Assembly: GCF_000002075.1 (NCBI RefSeq)
Contig: NW_004797286.1
Coordinates: 826,668 to 889,337 of the forward strand
From: Aplysia californica
Taxonomy: Eukaryota
Reading direction: 5' to 3'
DNA length: 62,670 nt
The position numbers were made by a program, and so were the translations under genes. Of the stretch, positions 14,049-24,260 are shown one piece after another. The notes below the pieces were generated by a model, which was not told the origin of the DNA, searched no databases, and saw only the letters and a program-made list of their open reading frames with translations. The stretch's first letter is position 1; each line of letters begins with the position of its first letter.

Positions 14049-14388
14049 GGTTTTTTTCTTTCTTCTTCTCCTCCTCCCGACTGATCAACAGTTTGTCCCA
14101 TAAATTATAATTTGTTGCTTTGTGGTTGTTTTCATAAAATATATTAGAAGAATGCAGGAGGGAAGGGGGGGGGGGGTAGGGGGGTAGAACTAGATCTAAT
14201 CCTCCAGCGTCTTTACGGCAATTTTCGTGCGGCTTATTGTCTTGGCGTTTACCATGCTTCAATCTCAAGCACAGCGTTCTTAATCTTACTGTTCTAAGCA
14301 TCAACGATCTAGATATCTAAGCGAACTTCCATCATGTCCAAGTACTAGATCTAGGAAATCCGAAATGTTACCGAAAACACATCATTCC

Positions 14389-14575
14389 ATGCGGTACCTC
14401 CACGGCCTTCTTAAAAAATTCTGTCGATATTCCAGGAAGTGATGACATCACTTTACTAAAATTAGCAGCCAATCAGAAAGATGCGGTACCTCCACGGCCT
14501 TCTTAAAAAATTCTGTCGATATTCCAGGAAGTGATGACATCACTTTACTAAAATTAGCAGCCAATCAGAAAGATG
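14389..14575. promoter_or_regulatory. Candidate shared PRADC1/POLI promoter, present as an exact 92-bp tandem duplication
   Basis: Each unit holds CAGGAAGTG (ETS-like), TGACATCA (CRE-like) and AGCCAATCAG (NF-Y). A minus-strand G|gtaac donor near 14370 could end a non-coding PRADC1 exon 1. Confidence 0.45.
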
Positions 14576-14827
14576 TGTCTTCTACGTTTAATGGCATGTC
14601 GTATGGGTCGGTGGGGGGGGGGAGTTGTGTGGATCCTCAAAAGGGACTAANNNNNNNNNNNNNNNNNNNNNNNNNNNNNNNNNNNNNNNNNNNNNNNNNN
14701 NNNNNNNNNNNNNNNNNNNNNNNNNNNNNNNNNNNNNNNNNNNNNNNNNNNNNNNNNNNNNNNNNNNNNNNNNNNNNNNNNNNNNNNNNNNNNNNNNNNN
14801 NNNNNNNNNNNNNNNNNNNNNNGGTTA

Positions 14828-15394
14828 GGCCGGTCCCAGAGTGGATCAGTAGGTCTGACCTGTAGCTCGCCTAGCTTGCACCGTGCAAATGAACGTATAC
14901 ATTATCGTGAGCCTGAGCAGCGTCACTGCACGGCCTGCCTGTTGTCCGCTGAGTTGCGCGATGCGTCAGACGTGCTATTCAACAGTGTTGCAAAACACAT
15001 CGGACATGTCGCACACCACACAGCCTCGTTTCGTGTTTATTTGCGACTGAAATTCTTCACAGATCATCAAAATCGGCAAGAAGAACAGTTAAAAGGTGCT
15101 TTACTATTAGTCTAGTAGCCCATTAGATTGATGTTAGATCAACACTTGACCACAAAATCCCAAGAAATGCACGTTATCCTACATTAAAATTTCGAATCGA
15201 GAGGTTGACCTACTTTCGACTGTTTGTTTACATTCGTAGGCCTGTATGCTTCTAGCCTAGTGCAGCTGTGCTGACACGCTGAGGGTGCTCACTCAGACAC
15301 AGAAGCCAACACGCAGTGCGGCTGTGCTGGCACGCAGACGGGGTGTGCTTGGCAAGCTACAGGTCAGACCAACAGAGCCACTCTGGGACCGGCC
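14828..15394. mobile_element. MITE of 567 bp with about 48-bp TIRs
   Basis: GGCCGGTCCCAGAGTGG..GGTCTGACCTGTAGCT is inverted at both ends; flanks TTA/TAA (TA or Harbinger-like TWA target). Confidence 0.85.
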
Positions 15395-16612
15395 TAAAAA
15401 TACTAAAATGGATAATATACACTCTAGATCTAGATCTAGTAGAATCTAGATCTACCTAGATCTAGATGTAGAAAGATACACCTCTGAGCTGTTGATCAGG
15501 GAGGACTTTCGTAATGAGTGACCACGGACCACTATCATAGATTCTATATGCTGAGAGCCTTACCATATGCCGCTAAAATGATCAAAGTGCAGCAAAAAAG
15601 TCTCAGGTGTTCACATATAAACCGGTGCAGTGTATGTGAAGAGTGCATATTTCTGACAGTTATCATAGCAAAGAAAGATAGAGTCTGTTCAAATACTCAG
15701 GCAGTTGACTCTCTTTTTTTCTATTGCAGTGCCATTGAGAAACAGAAAGTTGAATCAACGTTTACGAGCAATGTGTTATTGTTAGGCTACTGTTATTTCC
15801 GTTTCCGTTATGATGAATAATCATAAAATGTACGAGTTGCCAAGTAGGCGCTATTGCTGTAAAGAAGTCTAGGTTTTTTAAATTAAAATTTAATTTCTCA
15901 AAACCATGCAAACAAATTATTGCAGTACATTTATCTTTTATGAGGCATTCTGTATTCAGTCATCACATAATATATGCATGTTTCCTCACTCTGCAGAGAA
16001 AAAGCATTTCTTTTAAATTTAGCATACCTTCTTTCTTTTGTTTTTAGTTCGAAAAGCTGCAAGTTATAATTATTCTGCCGCTGTTTTTCCTCAGTTTATA
16101 TACTTTCTTTTCCGAGTGTTTTTTTCTGAGGGAAAGGTGTTGGGATGGTAAAACATATTTGACAAAATGTTTGGACCTATTGAGACAGCAACTCACAACC
16201 CTCCTACCCTGACCCAGGAGACCCACCTTGACACTGAGCTAACAAAACAAGTAATGATTAATGCGCATGCCAAATCAACGAATGCAAAACACTACGAAAC
16301 AGATAAGTAGTGTTCTGACTGCCAGAACTATCATAGAGTGTAATATACAATATAGCCTACAATAATAATGAAAGAGCCAAGAGCAGTAGAGCAGTCGCCA
16401 GACAGCACAAGAGCGCGAACGAAGACAAAATAGTGAGTGTACTAAATTTTACTTTAACTTTAACTTTAAAATACGATTGCAATTTATCGTCATGAACATA
16501 AACTAAGTCTAGGAATAAGGGGGGAAATACCAAAACCCGGTACAGACGGGACCCACATTTTTAAGGGCTGATTGGATTGGGCACCTGAGGTTTATTTTGG
16601 CTATTACTCTAT

Positions 16613-16690
16613 ATCTAGATCTAGATATCTAGATCTAGAATAGATCTAGATCTAGATCTAGATCTAGATCTAGATATCTAGAATCTAGTA
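16613..16690. repeat. (AGATCT)n palindromic hexamer array; shorter arrays near 14307-14353, 15423-15466, 16776-16795, 57532-57593, 59539-59572, 59725-59739
   Basis: Visible directly. Confidence 0.9.
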
Positions 16691-16980
16691 TTTCAAGGCA
16701 CTTTTAGGCCAATAGCGCAGGCGAGTCTTTTGGCTATTCTCACCTGGTGTATGTTCACCGTTATATAGCCTAGCCTAGATCTAGATCTAGATCTAGGCCA
16801 ACCAATTTTGCGTTCACCCTGAACCACAGAATTCTACACTGTGATAACAGAAAAATTGTAGAATTCTGTGCCTCTATGCCGTGAACAAACGTTCCATTAC
16901 TACTGTTGTTAGCCTAAAAGAGTACAATTTTGTCTGTGGGCAGTGGAGAGAGAGAGAGAGAGGAGTCGAGAACTTCCGGG

Positions 16981-18662
16981 CACTGTTGGTGATTTTTAAA
17001 ATTTAAATCAGATTTTTAAAATTTAAATCGGATTTTTTTAATTTTTTAAATTTTTTAAAAAATGTCGACAGTTTGGGATTTTTGGTGGCTAAAAGTATGT
17101 TCTTAAAGTGCAAAATGCATTGTCTTTATTTTAACTAATGATTAATTTAAGCAACTGCAATTTTAGAAAGGGCCACCTCTATTCTCACCCGGAGTGAGAA
17201 TAGTGCAGGCGAGTCTTGTGGCTATTCTCACCCGGTGCGCGTTCACCAAATTTTGCGTTCACCCTAAACCACAGAATTCTACACTGTGATAACAGAAAAA
17301 TTGTAGAATTCTGTGCCGTGAACAAACACTCCCTTACAACTGTAGCCTACTAAAAGCGTACAATTTTGTCTGTGGGCAGTGGAGAGAGAGAGAGAAAGAG
17401 AGAGAGGAGTAGCGCGAGAATTTCCGGGCAAAACAAAATGGCGACCCGCGTAGTTCGGCGCGATTCGAAAAGTTAAATAGCCGTAGCATCTTTGTAGACA
17501 ACCAAATTAATTTACTTCTGTGTTTTAACATCATTTTTTAACTTTGTTTTGGTCAATTTGATCGTCCACACCGATTGACAGTATTCAGAATGAGACAGAG
17601 AGAGAGAGAAGAGGGGAGGAGTTGATCTTGTGAGAACTTCCGGGCTGGTGAGAATAGCCACTTTCTTTAGAAAGCCTTAATCTGCTATATCAGTGAATTA
17701 TGGCTACAGACAAAAAATGAAGAAAATGTCAGTCTAAAAGGAAGGGGGGGGGGGGGGGTAATTATGCATAGATAAACTTGCATTTTATTTTTATTACAGT
17801 GTGTGTGTGAGCACGTGCTTGTGTTTGTCTAAAAAGAAAAAGAAAATGCTAATTTCAATTATGAAAAAATGTAAATTGAATACTGTATTATTTTACTGCT
17901 TACAGTGACAGGGGGGGAAAACAGACTTTTAAGCAATTTTAGTCTACTAAACCATATATCTGTTTTATAAAACCAAGGAAAGGAATTCTGAATGTTTAAA
18001 GATGTAAAAACAGAAAACATTTTTTTAAAGTGATTTAAATCACTGAGTTTTATTTTTAAAATCAAGTTGATTTAAATTTTAAAAAATCAACTGATTTAAA
18101 TCAACCCAACCCTGGTTTTCAATTATGAAAAAAAAGTAAATTGAGAACTGTATTATTTTACAGTGACAGGGGGGAAAGCAAACTTTTAAGCATGATTATA
18201 TTAGTCTACTAAACCTTATATCCGTTTAAAATAAAACCAAGGAAAGGAATTCTGAAAGTTGAAATATGTAAAAACTGAATATATTTTTTTGAAAAGTGAT
18301 TTAAATCACTGATTTTTATTTTTAAAATCAAATTGATTAAAATTCTTAAAAAATCAACTGATTTAAATCAACCCAGCTCTGATTTCAATTATGGAAAAAA
18401 AGTAAATTGAATACTGTATTATTTTACAGTGAAAGGGGGGAAATCAGACTTTTAAGCATGATTATATTAGTCTACTGAGCCTTATATCTGTTTTATGAAA
18501 CCAAGGAAAGGAATTCTGAATGTTGAAATGTGTTAAAACCGAATAAAAATAATTTTACAAAAAGTGATTTAAATCACTGATTTTTATTTTAAAAATCAAG
18601 TTGATTTAAATTTAAAAAATCAACTGATTTAAATCAACCTGATTTAAATCAACCCAACCCTG
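16981..18662. mobile_element. hAT-like non-autonomous element with a triplicated right end
   Basis: Exact 8-bp TSD CTTCCGGG (16973-16980, 18663-18670); ends CACTGTTGGTGATTT / AAATCAACCCAACCCTG; GATTTAAATC motifs. Confidence 0.8.
17171..17665. mobile_element. Mutator-like element (inner copy, same family as 16707-19163)
   Basis: Exact 9-bp TSD TTTAGAAAG (17162-17170, 17666-17674); termini GGCCAC...GCCACTTTC. Confidence 0.85.
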
Positions 18663-19517
18663 CTTCCGGGGAAAACAAAATGGCGACCCGCGCAGTTTGG
18701 CTCGATTCGAATAGCCGTAGCATCTTTGTAGACGACCAAATTAATTTACTTTTGTGTTTTAAGATCATTTTTTAACTTTGTTTTGATCAATTTGATCGTC
18801 CACACCGATAGACAGTATTCAGAAAGAGACAGAGAGAGAGAAGAGGGGAGGAGTAGATCTTGCGAGAACTTCCGGGCAAAACAAAATGGCGACCCGCATA
18901 GTTCGGCTCGATTCGAAAAGTGAAATAGCCATGGCATCTTTGTAGACGATCGAATTAGCTTACTTTTGTGTTATAACGTAATTTTTTTCCTTGCCTTTAT
19001 CCATTTGATCATCCACACTGATAGAAAGTATTCTGAAATTAGAAAAAAAACAACATGTGTCTTGTTTCACACCGGGTTAGAATAGCCAACAGTGGCAAGT
19101 CTCACCCGGGGTGAGAGGTCGATCGTATTTTTATTCTCACCCCGGGTGAGGATAGCCACTTCCGCACTTTTAAAGGCATAGAGTGCCCATATTATTATTT
19201 GCTGTAGGATATCGTATCGTGAGTTATTGGGGATTTGAAATCAATAGTTAAAAAAGTATATATATTGTGAATCGGTTGCTATGAAAATGGTGGCCATATT
19301 GGATTTTGTATACTTTTTTTCAATCCCATTTTATTCCCAATAAACTGATTCACTTCTAATTTGGCCAACAGTAATTTTTGTTACGTAGCTCTGTCTTAAA
19401 TTTGGCGTGTTGTATTTTTTATATGTTTTAGTTTTTATTTTATGAGACTTACAATTGGGTTGTTGCTAAAAAAGTGAAAAAAATGGAAGATTCATGCTTT
19501 CCAAGCACATAAATCAA

Positions 19518-19690
19518 ATACTTGGATTTACTTGGATTTACTTGGATCCAGAGCTAGAATCATAGCAGGCGGCACATGTCCATAGCTGCTCATCTCTCCT
19601 TTCCAGCGTCCACCCCAGTGTCTTCCTGCTAATTGTCTCCATGAGGAGCTGGTTTGAGACACGCCTGACCACTCCTCGGAGCAAACTTTT
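19518..19690 (-). mobile_element. Probable LINE 3'-end fragment
   Basis: WRQLA..W-like peptide on the minus strand ending in a short tandem CCAAGTAA tail. Confidence 0.3.
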
Positions 19691-20197
19691 TTTCGCTGTG
19701 CCCCGCACACTCTTTTCTTTTATTGTGCTGAGCACATATTATCAAATAATACTCCATTAATAGAAAATTCAACAAGCCAAAATTTAGAACTAGATTTAGG
19801 TGTTGTTGGTATCCTGTGAAAGTTACGTTGAAATTAAACAAGATACAGAGCGGAAAAATGGGATAAGGTGTGAAAAAATTGAATTGTGAGAAAACAGCAG
19901 ATAAAAAGGCTAGAAAACATGTGCTTTCACAGAAAAACCGACCCCCCCCCCCCCCCCCCCCTCAGCTTTAGAGTGTAGCAAGGCTTACAAATGCTTATTG
20001 TTCAGGAAATATCCAGGTACTATAATATGTAATGACCCCAATTTGCATAATTTTACCCCAAAACACGATTTCTAGGTGCCCCACCAGCCCTAAAAGTAGT
20101 ACCCAACAAAACCCTTCCGTTAATTACATTGGTCAAACGTTTGCAGCCAATCTCGAATAGATTTACTTCTAGATTAGTTTGTGCCATAATTATTGTA

Positions 20198-20514
20198 GGC
20201 CACCTTTGCCCATGTCTCGCTATTCTTCCCCCCTCCCAAATGAGAGAGCCAAATGAAATTCTCTGGGCCCAACAGTATCCAAAAGAGCCAATTTTTTTTT
20301 ATTTGGCTCCAAACCGACAACCCTGACTGTGACTATTCGGACACGAACAGTGACGAGCATTATGCTGTGGAGCATCAGCCTTGACACCCCCCCCCCCCAG
20401 GGTCATGACCGCTAACCTCAGCTCTTATCTCTCTTGGGTCATTTCCAGTAAAATGAGGGGGTGAGAATAGCGAGACATGGGTTGTTCTCACGCAGGGTGA
20501 GAATAACCTCTTCC
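20198..20514. mobile_element. Mutator-like element (third copy with related termini)
   Basis: Exact 9-bp TSD ATTATTGTA (20189-20197, 20515-20523); termini GGCCACC...GAGAATAACCTCTTCC. Confidence 0.8.
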
Positions 20515-20523
20515 ATTATTGTA

Positions 20524-21918
20524 TATATAATGGCTCCTTTTGTCTTTGCACACGGTCAATTTAGCATATGATGGTCTCAAGGTTGTCTTCATGCAGCTTC
20601 TTTCATGGCTAAATCTTCCTATGGTTGAAGCGCAGTTTCTGTCGCAGTGTTTGCATGTCAGTGACATGGATCGAAGCTCTGTATTTCCGTTGTTTTCCTT
20701 ACAGCGAGCACCTAGCACCTCTGTGATTGGCCCAAGTATAGAAAATGTATTTCCAGTATCTATTTTTGTCGTCATCGGGGACTTCCCCCAAGACTCTCTT
20801 ACTTATGCACCCACTCACAGATGCATTGATTTGAGGGCTAAACTACCATAATTTTTTATGTAGAACACATGTATGGCCACTAAAACCCTTGCAAATCAAT
20901 TCTTTTCAAGTAAATATATATCAATCCTAATTGCCAAAACATCAAATTATTGTCAAATGGTGCCACCCTGAAACCCCCCAGATTCTTTTTAGAACCCCCC
21001 CGTGTTGTTAAAATCAAGTCTAATATTACTATTTTCAAACATCAATAACTCAATAGCTATTGATTTGCATCAAAAATGAAGGCCAAATTTGTGTTCAGCA
21101 TGCAAAATACTACTAGCAAAAAAAGTATATATAAAATATGTACATGAGACGGGTGCATGAGTAAAAAACCCCGGACTCTTGGGTTTCTCTCGCCAGTAAC
21201 TGTTGACTAGATCTCGCCGTCTTTGGGTTGTTTTTTTTGGGTATTAATTAATTTTGTGTTATCTTTTATAATCTCAGCAATTGTCGTTCCATAAATTTAC
21301 CTTCTCCTCAAAGTTGTACACACACACACTTACTCAAACGCGTGCGCACTCACACTCAAACACACACACACAAGCGCGGGTGCACACACACACACGCACA
21401 CTCAGCCAAAGCAGTCGGCGATGAAACCTACTGACGTGTAGCCAATCGCGCGCTAAGATATTTGGCCCAATCACTGAGGTGTGCTAGGTGCTCGCAGCTT
21501 TATGTGTTTTCCTTTCATCGTTGGCGCTTCTCAGCCTGGTTGTTTCTAACTGCTCTCTAGCATTATACATTATAGTTCTTTCCTTTATCCTTTTCCTCCA
21601 TGTTTTCCTTTCCTCAGCTATTTCTTCCCAGATGCTAATATCTACTCCAAGCTTAGATAAGCTGTTTTTGCAGGTGTCTTTGTACCTCAATGTTGGTCTT
21701 CCTCTTGGTCTCTTTTTCCTGGGCAAGTTCTTCATAGACAAGTTACTTCGGAATCCGGTTGTCGTCTATTCTCTTGACATGGCCCAGCCATCTCAATCTT
21801 TTTAAACACTGGATAGTTGTCATGCCCTGGAGGTTTGCTCGTGCCTAGACTTCAACATTTGTTACCTTGTCACACCATGAAATGCCCAAGATCTTGCGGC
21901 AGCATCTGAGATGAAAAA
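20524..21918 (-). mobile_element. RTE-clade LINE 3' fragment, split by an inserted TIR element
   Basis: Decayed ORF: FHLRCCRKILGISWCDKVTN, RLRWLGHV, RPRGRPTLRYKD, WEEIAEERKTWR and C-terminal CKHCDRNCASTIGRFSHERSC. Confidence 0.85.
20702..21497. mobile_element. TIR element of 796 bp inside the RTE fragment
   Basis: About 40-bp TIR C(A/T)GCGAGCACCTAGCAC..GTGATTGG; flanks cctta/cttta (possible 5-bp TSD). Confidence 0.75.
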
Positions 21919-22042
21919 TGTCCCCACCCCCCACCCCTGTTAAAATCTCTTGAAATATTACTGCTCATTTTGTAGGCCTACTGAAAAATAAAAGCACATC
22001 TCTCACTCTATTTTGGATAAAACATTGATACCAAGTATTTAA

Positions 22043-22776
22043 GGGGGCTCGATACTTGCGGGACAACATTTTAAACTAAAGACAAACCGAAACAATTTTT
22101 GTCACAGGCAGTAAGTATGAGACAAAAGATTCATGTTCAACTGTTGACACACTCGATTACGTAAGCCGTTGCCATGGATACAGCGGCCATCTTGAAATTG
22201 GATAAACTATTTTTTTTGCTCCACCATTTCTAAAGTTTTTAACTTGTTAAAATTTTGTAACTTGCAAAATGTCACAAATAAATAGGTGCTTGCAGCTGGC
22301 TGTTTTGATTGTTGATACTATGCTTAGAAAATATCCAAAATTGTTCTCAAAGTTGGGGATATAGAATTTGATCTTTAAAAAAATATTTTTGAAAAAAAAA
22401 ATTGTAAATAAAATTCTAAAGCAAAAAGTAAAAAACTAACCAGCCCAATACAAGTACAAACTATTTTTCTAACTACGTGCCAAATTTGAAGTTTCTGTGT
22501 TGGAAAATAAAAAAAACGGCGGAGAAAAAACCCAGTAAATGAAAGCAAAAAATTTGTGAAAAAATCTGTGTTTTGAGACAAACAAGGTGAAACATCGAAA
22601 ATGTTAGTACACAACATAGAACCCAGTAAAACTGAATTATGTTAATGTTAATCACTCAGCGACTAGTGCCAATAAAATCTAGACTGAATGAGGGATCAGA
22701 AAATACCAAAAGTAAAAAGTGCTCAAAGTGAGTGAAAATCAGTCCTTGAGGCCCTAGACCCGACCCGCGAGCCCCC
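22043..22776. mobile_element. TTAA-targeting non-autonomous element (Kolobok-like)
   Basis: TTAA|GGGGGCTCG...CGAGCCCCC|TTAA. Confidence 0.75.
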
Positions 22777-24193
22777 TTAAGTCAGTATCGATACCCAGTA
22801 CTCGTACAGCCACAACCGAAGAAAGTCTAAAAAAGTAGTAAATTCTATTTATCTCACAATAAGCAAATTGAAAAGATCAAACAAGTTCAAACTTAAATAT
22901 TTTGAGGCATCATTGAGGAATCAAGCGTTGTCAAAATAGTGAAATCAAAGAAACCCGCATTTTTCCACTGGTAAGGCAATTTTAATAAAATTCTTGCTTT
23001 TGGCTCAATACTTTTTACATCCAAAATGTGTCATATGCTGGAATCAGGTGCTCGTCAATATTTGGTCAACTTAAAGCTTGTGTTCATTTGTCTTGCTTTT
23101 GATAAAAAAATTACCCATCTATCTTGACAGATGTTGAGACATAATATTTGCAATTGAAGGAGGCAGGGTTCACCTTGTTTCAGAGGTAAAATTAGCGAGA
23201 AAATGTCCGCCAAAGTTTTGGTGACTTTCAGAGATCGAGAGTCCATGGGAACTGCAAGTTTACATTTTTTGTGCCCTTGGTCAACATTTGCGTCACGGCA
23301 TGATGGTGTTATCAGGCATTCGTCTTTATTTGTGTATGTGGAGTTATTGGTATCATCTTAAAGCTTGTTCATTTATCTTGCTTTTGATGAAAAAAATACC
23401 CTTCTTTCTTTTGCAGAAGTGAAGATATTTGTGATTGAAAGAGGTAAGTTCACTTGGTTTCAGCGGTAAAAATAACGAGAAAATGACCGCCACAGTTTGG
23501 TAACTTTAATAGCTAAAGAGTCCTTGAAAACTGAAAAATTGCATATTTTGAGCTTTAATCAACATTTGTCAATATAGTTCATATAGAAATAATTTTTTAT
23601 TTGAACATAAAAGGGTTGAATAAATTTTTTAAAATTTGATTGAAATTGCAAAAACTGGCGGGAAAATGCCTGTTTCTCCAATTTTTGTTATTTTGATGAG
23701 CACCTGATTTCACCATGATGCCTCACATTTTTTCGAAAAATCCTCACATAAAAATGTGTATTTAAATGGGTATTAACTCTATAACCCAGAGTGGAAGATG
23801 AGAGCATCCAGTGAAATGTGCCCTGTCCCCGAGTGATGAGAGGACAGACCTAGCGTCTAGTCAGATCACAGGGTGCATGAAGTATTATTGATAATGCAGT
23901 ATCATAAGATTCTACCACTAAGATTCTCTCCCNNNNNNNNNNNNNNNNNNNNNNNNNNNNNNNNNNNNNNNNNNNNNNNNNNNNNNNNNNNNNNNNNNNN
24001 NNNNNNNNNNNNNNNNNNNNNNNNNNNNNNNNNNNNNNNNNNNNNNNNNNNNNNNNNNNNNNNNNNNNNNNNNNNNNNNNNNNNNNNNNNNNNNTCTCTT
24101 TGCCTGTTTACTTCTCTCAGAGACGCATCTTTAATGATTTTTCACTTTATGATTCTTCTCAATGAACAGCTTGATATATGTGCTGCTGATGGA

Positions 24194-24260
24194 ATGGACT
24201 CACCACAGTTTGATGATGATGCAATGCCCTCTGATGAGGAATGGGCAATGCCTCTTCAGG
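24194..24260 (+). CDS. POLI: POLI first identified coding exon
   Basis: MDSPQFDDDAMPSDEEWAMPLQ, acidic N-terminus; G|gtaag phase-1 donor; acceptor aacag ends at 24169. Confidence 0.7.

Larger units (their letters stand above)
16707..19163. mobile_element. Mutator-like non-autonomous element (outer copy)
   Basis: Exact 9-bp TSD GCACTTTTA (16698-16706, 19164-19172); termini GGCCA...GCCACTTCC; repeated GCTATTCTCACC motif. Confidence 0.85.

Noticed and set aside
16360-16440. Hydrophobic minus-strand frame ILSSFALLCCLATALLLLALSLL as the PRADC1 signal peptide
   Set aside because: It has no in-frame ATG and no phase-compatible donor. The exon at 13046-13130 fits better.
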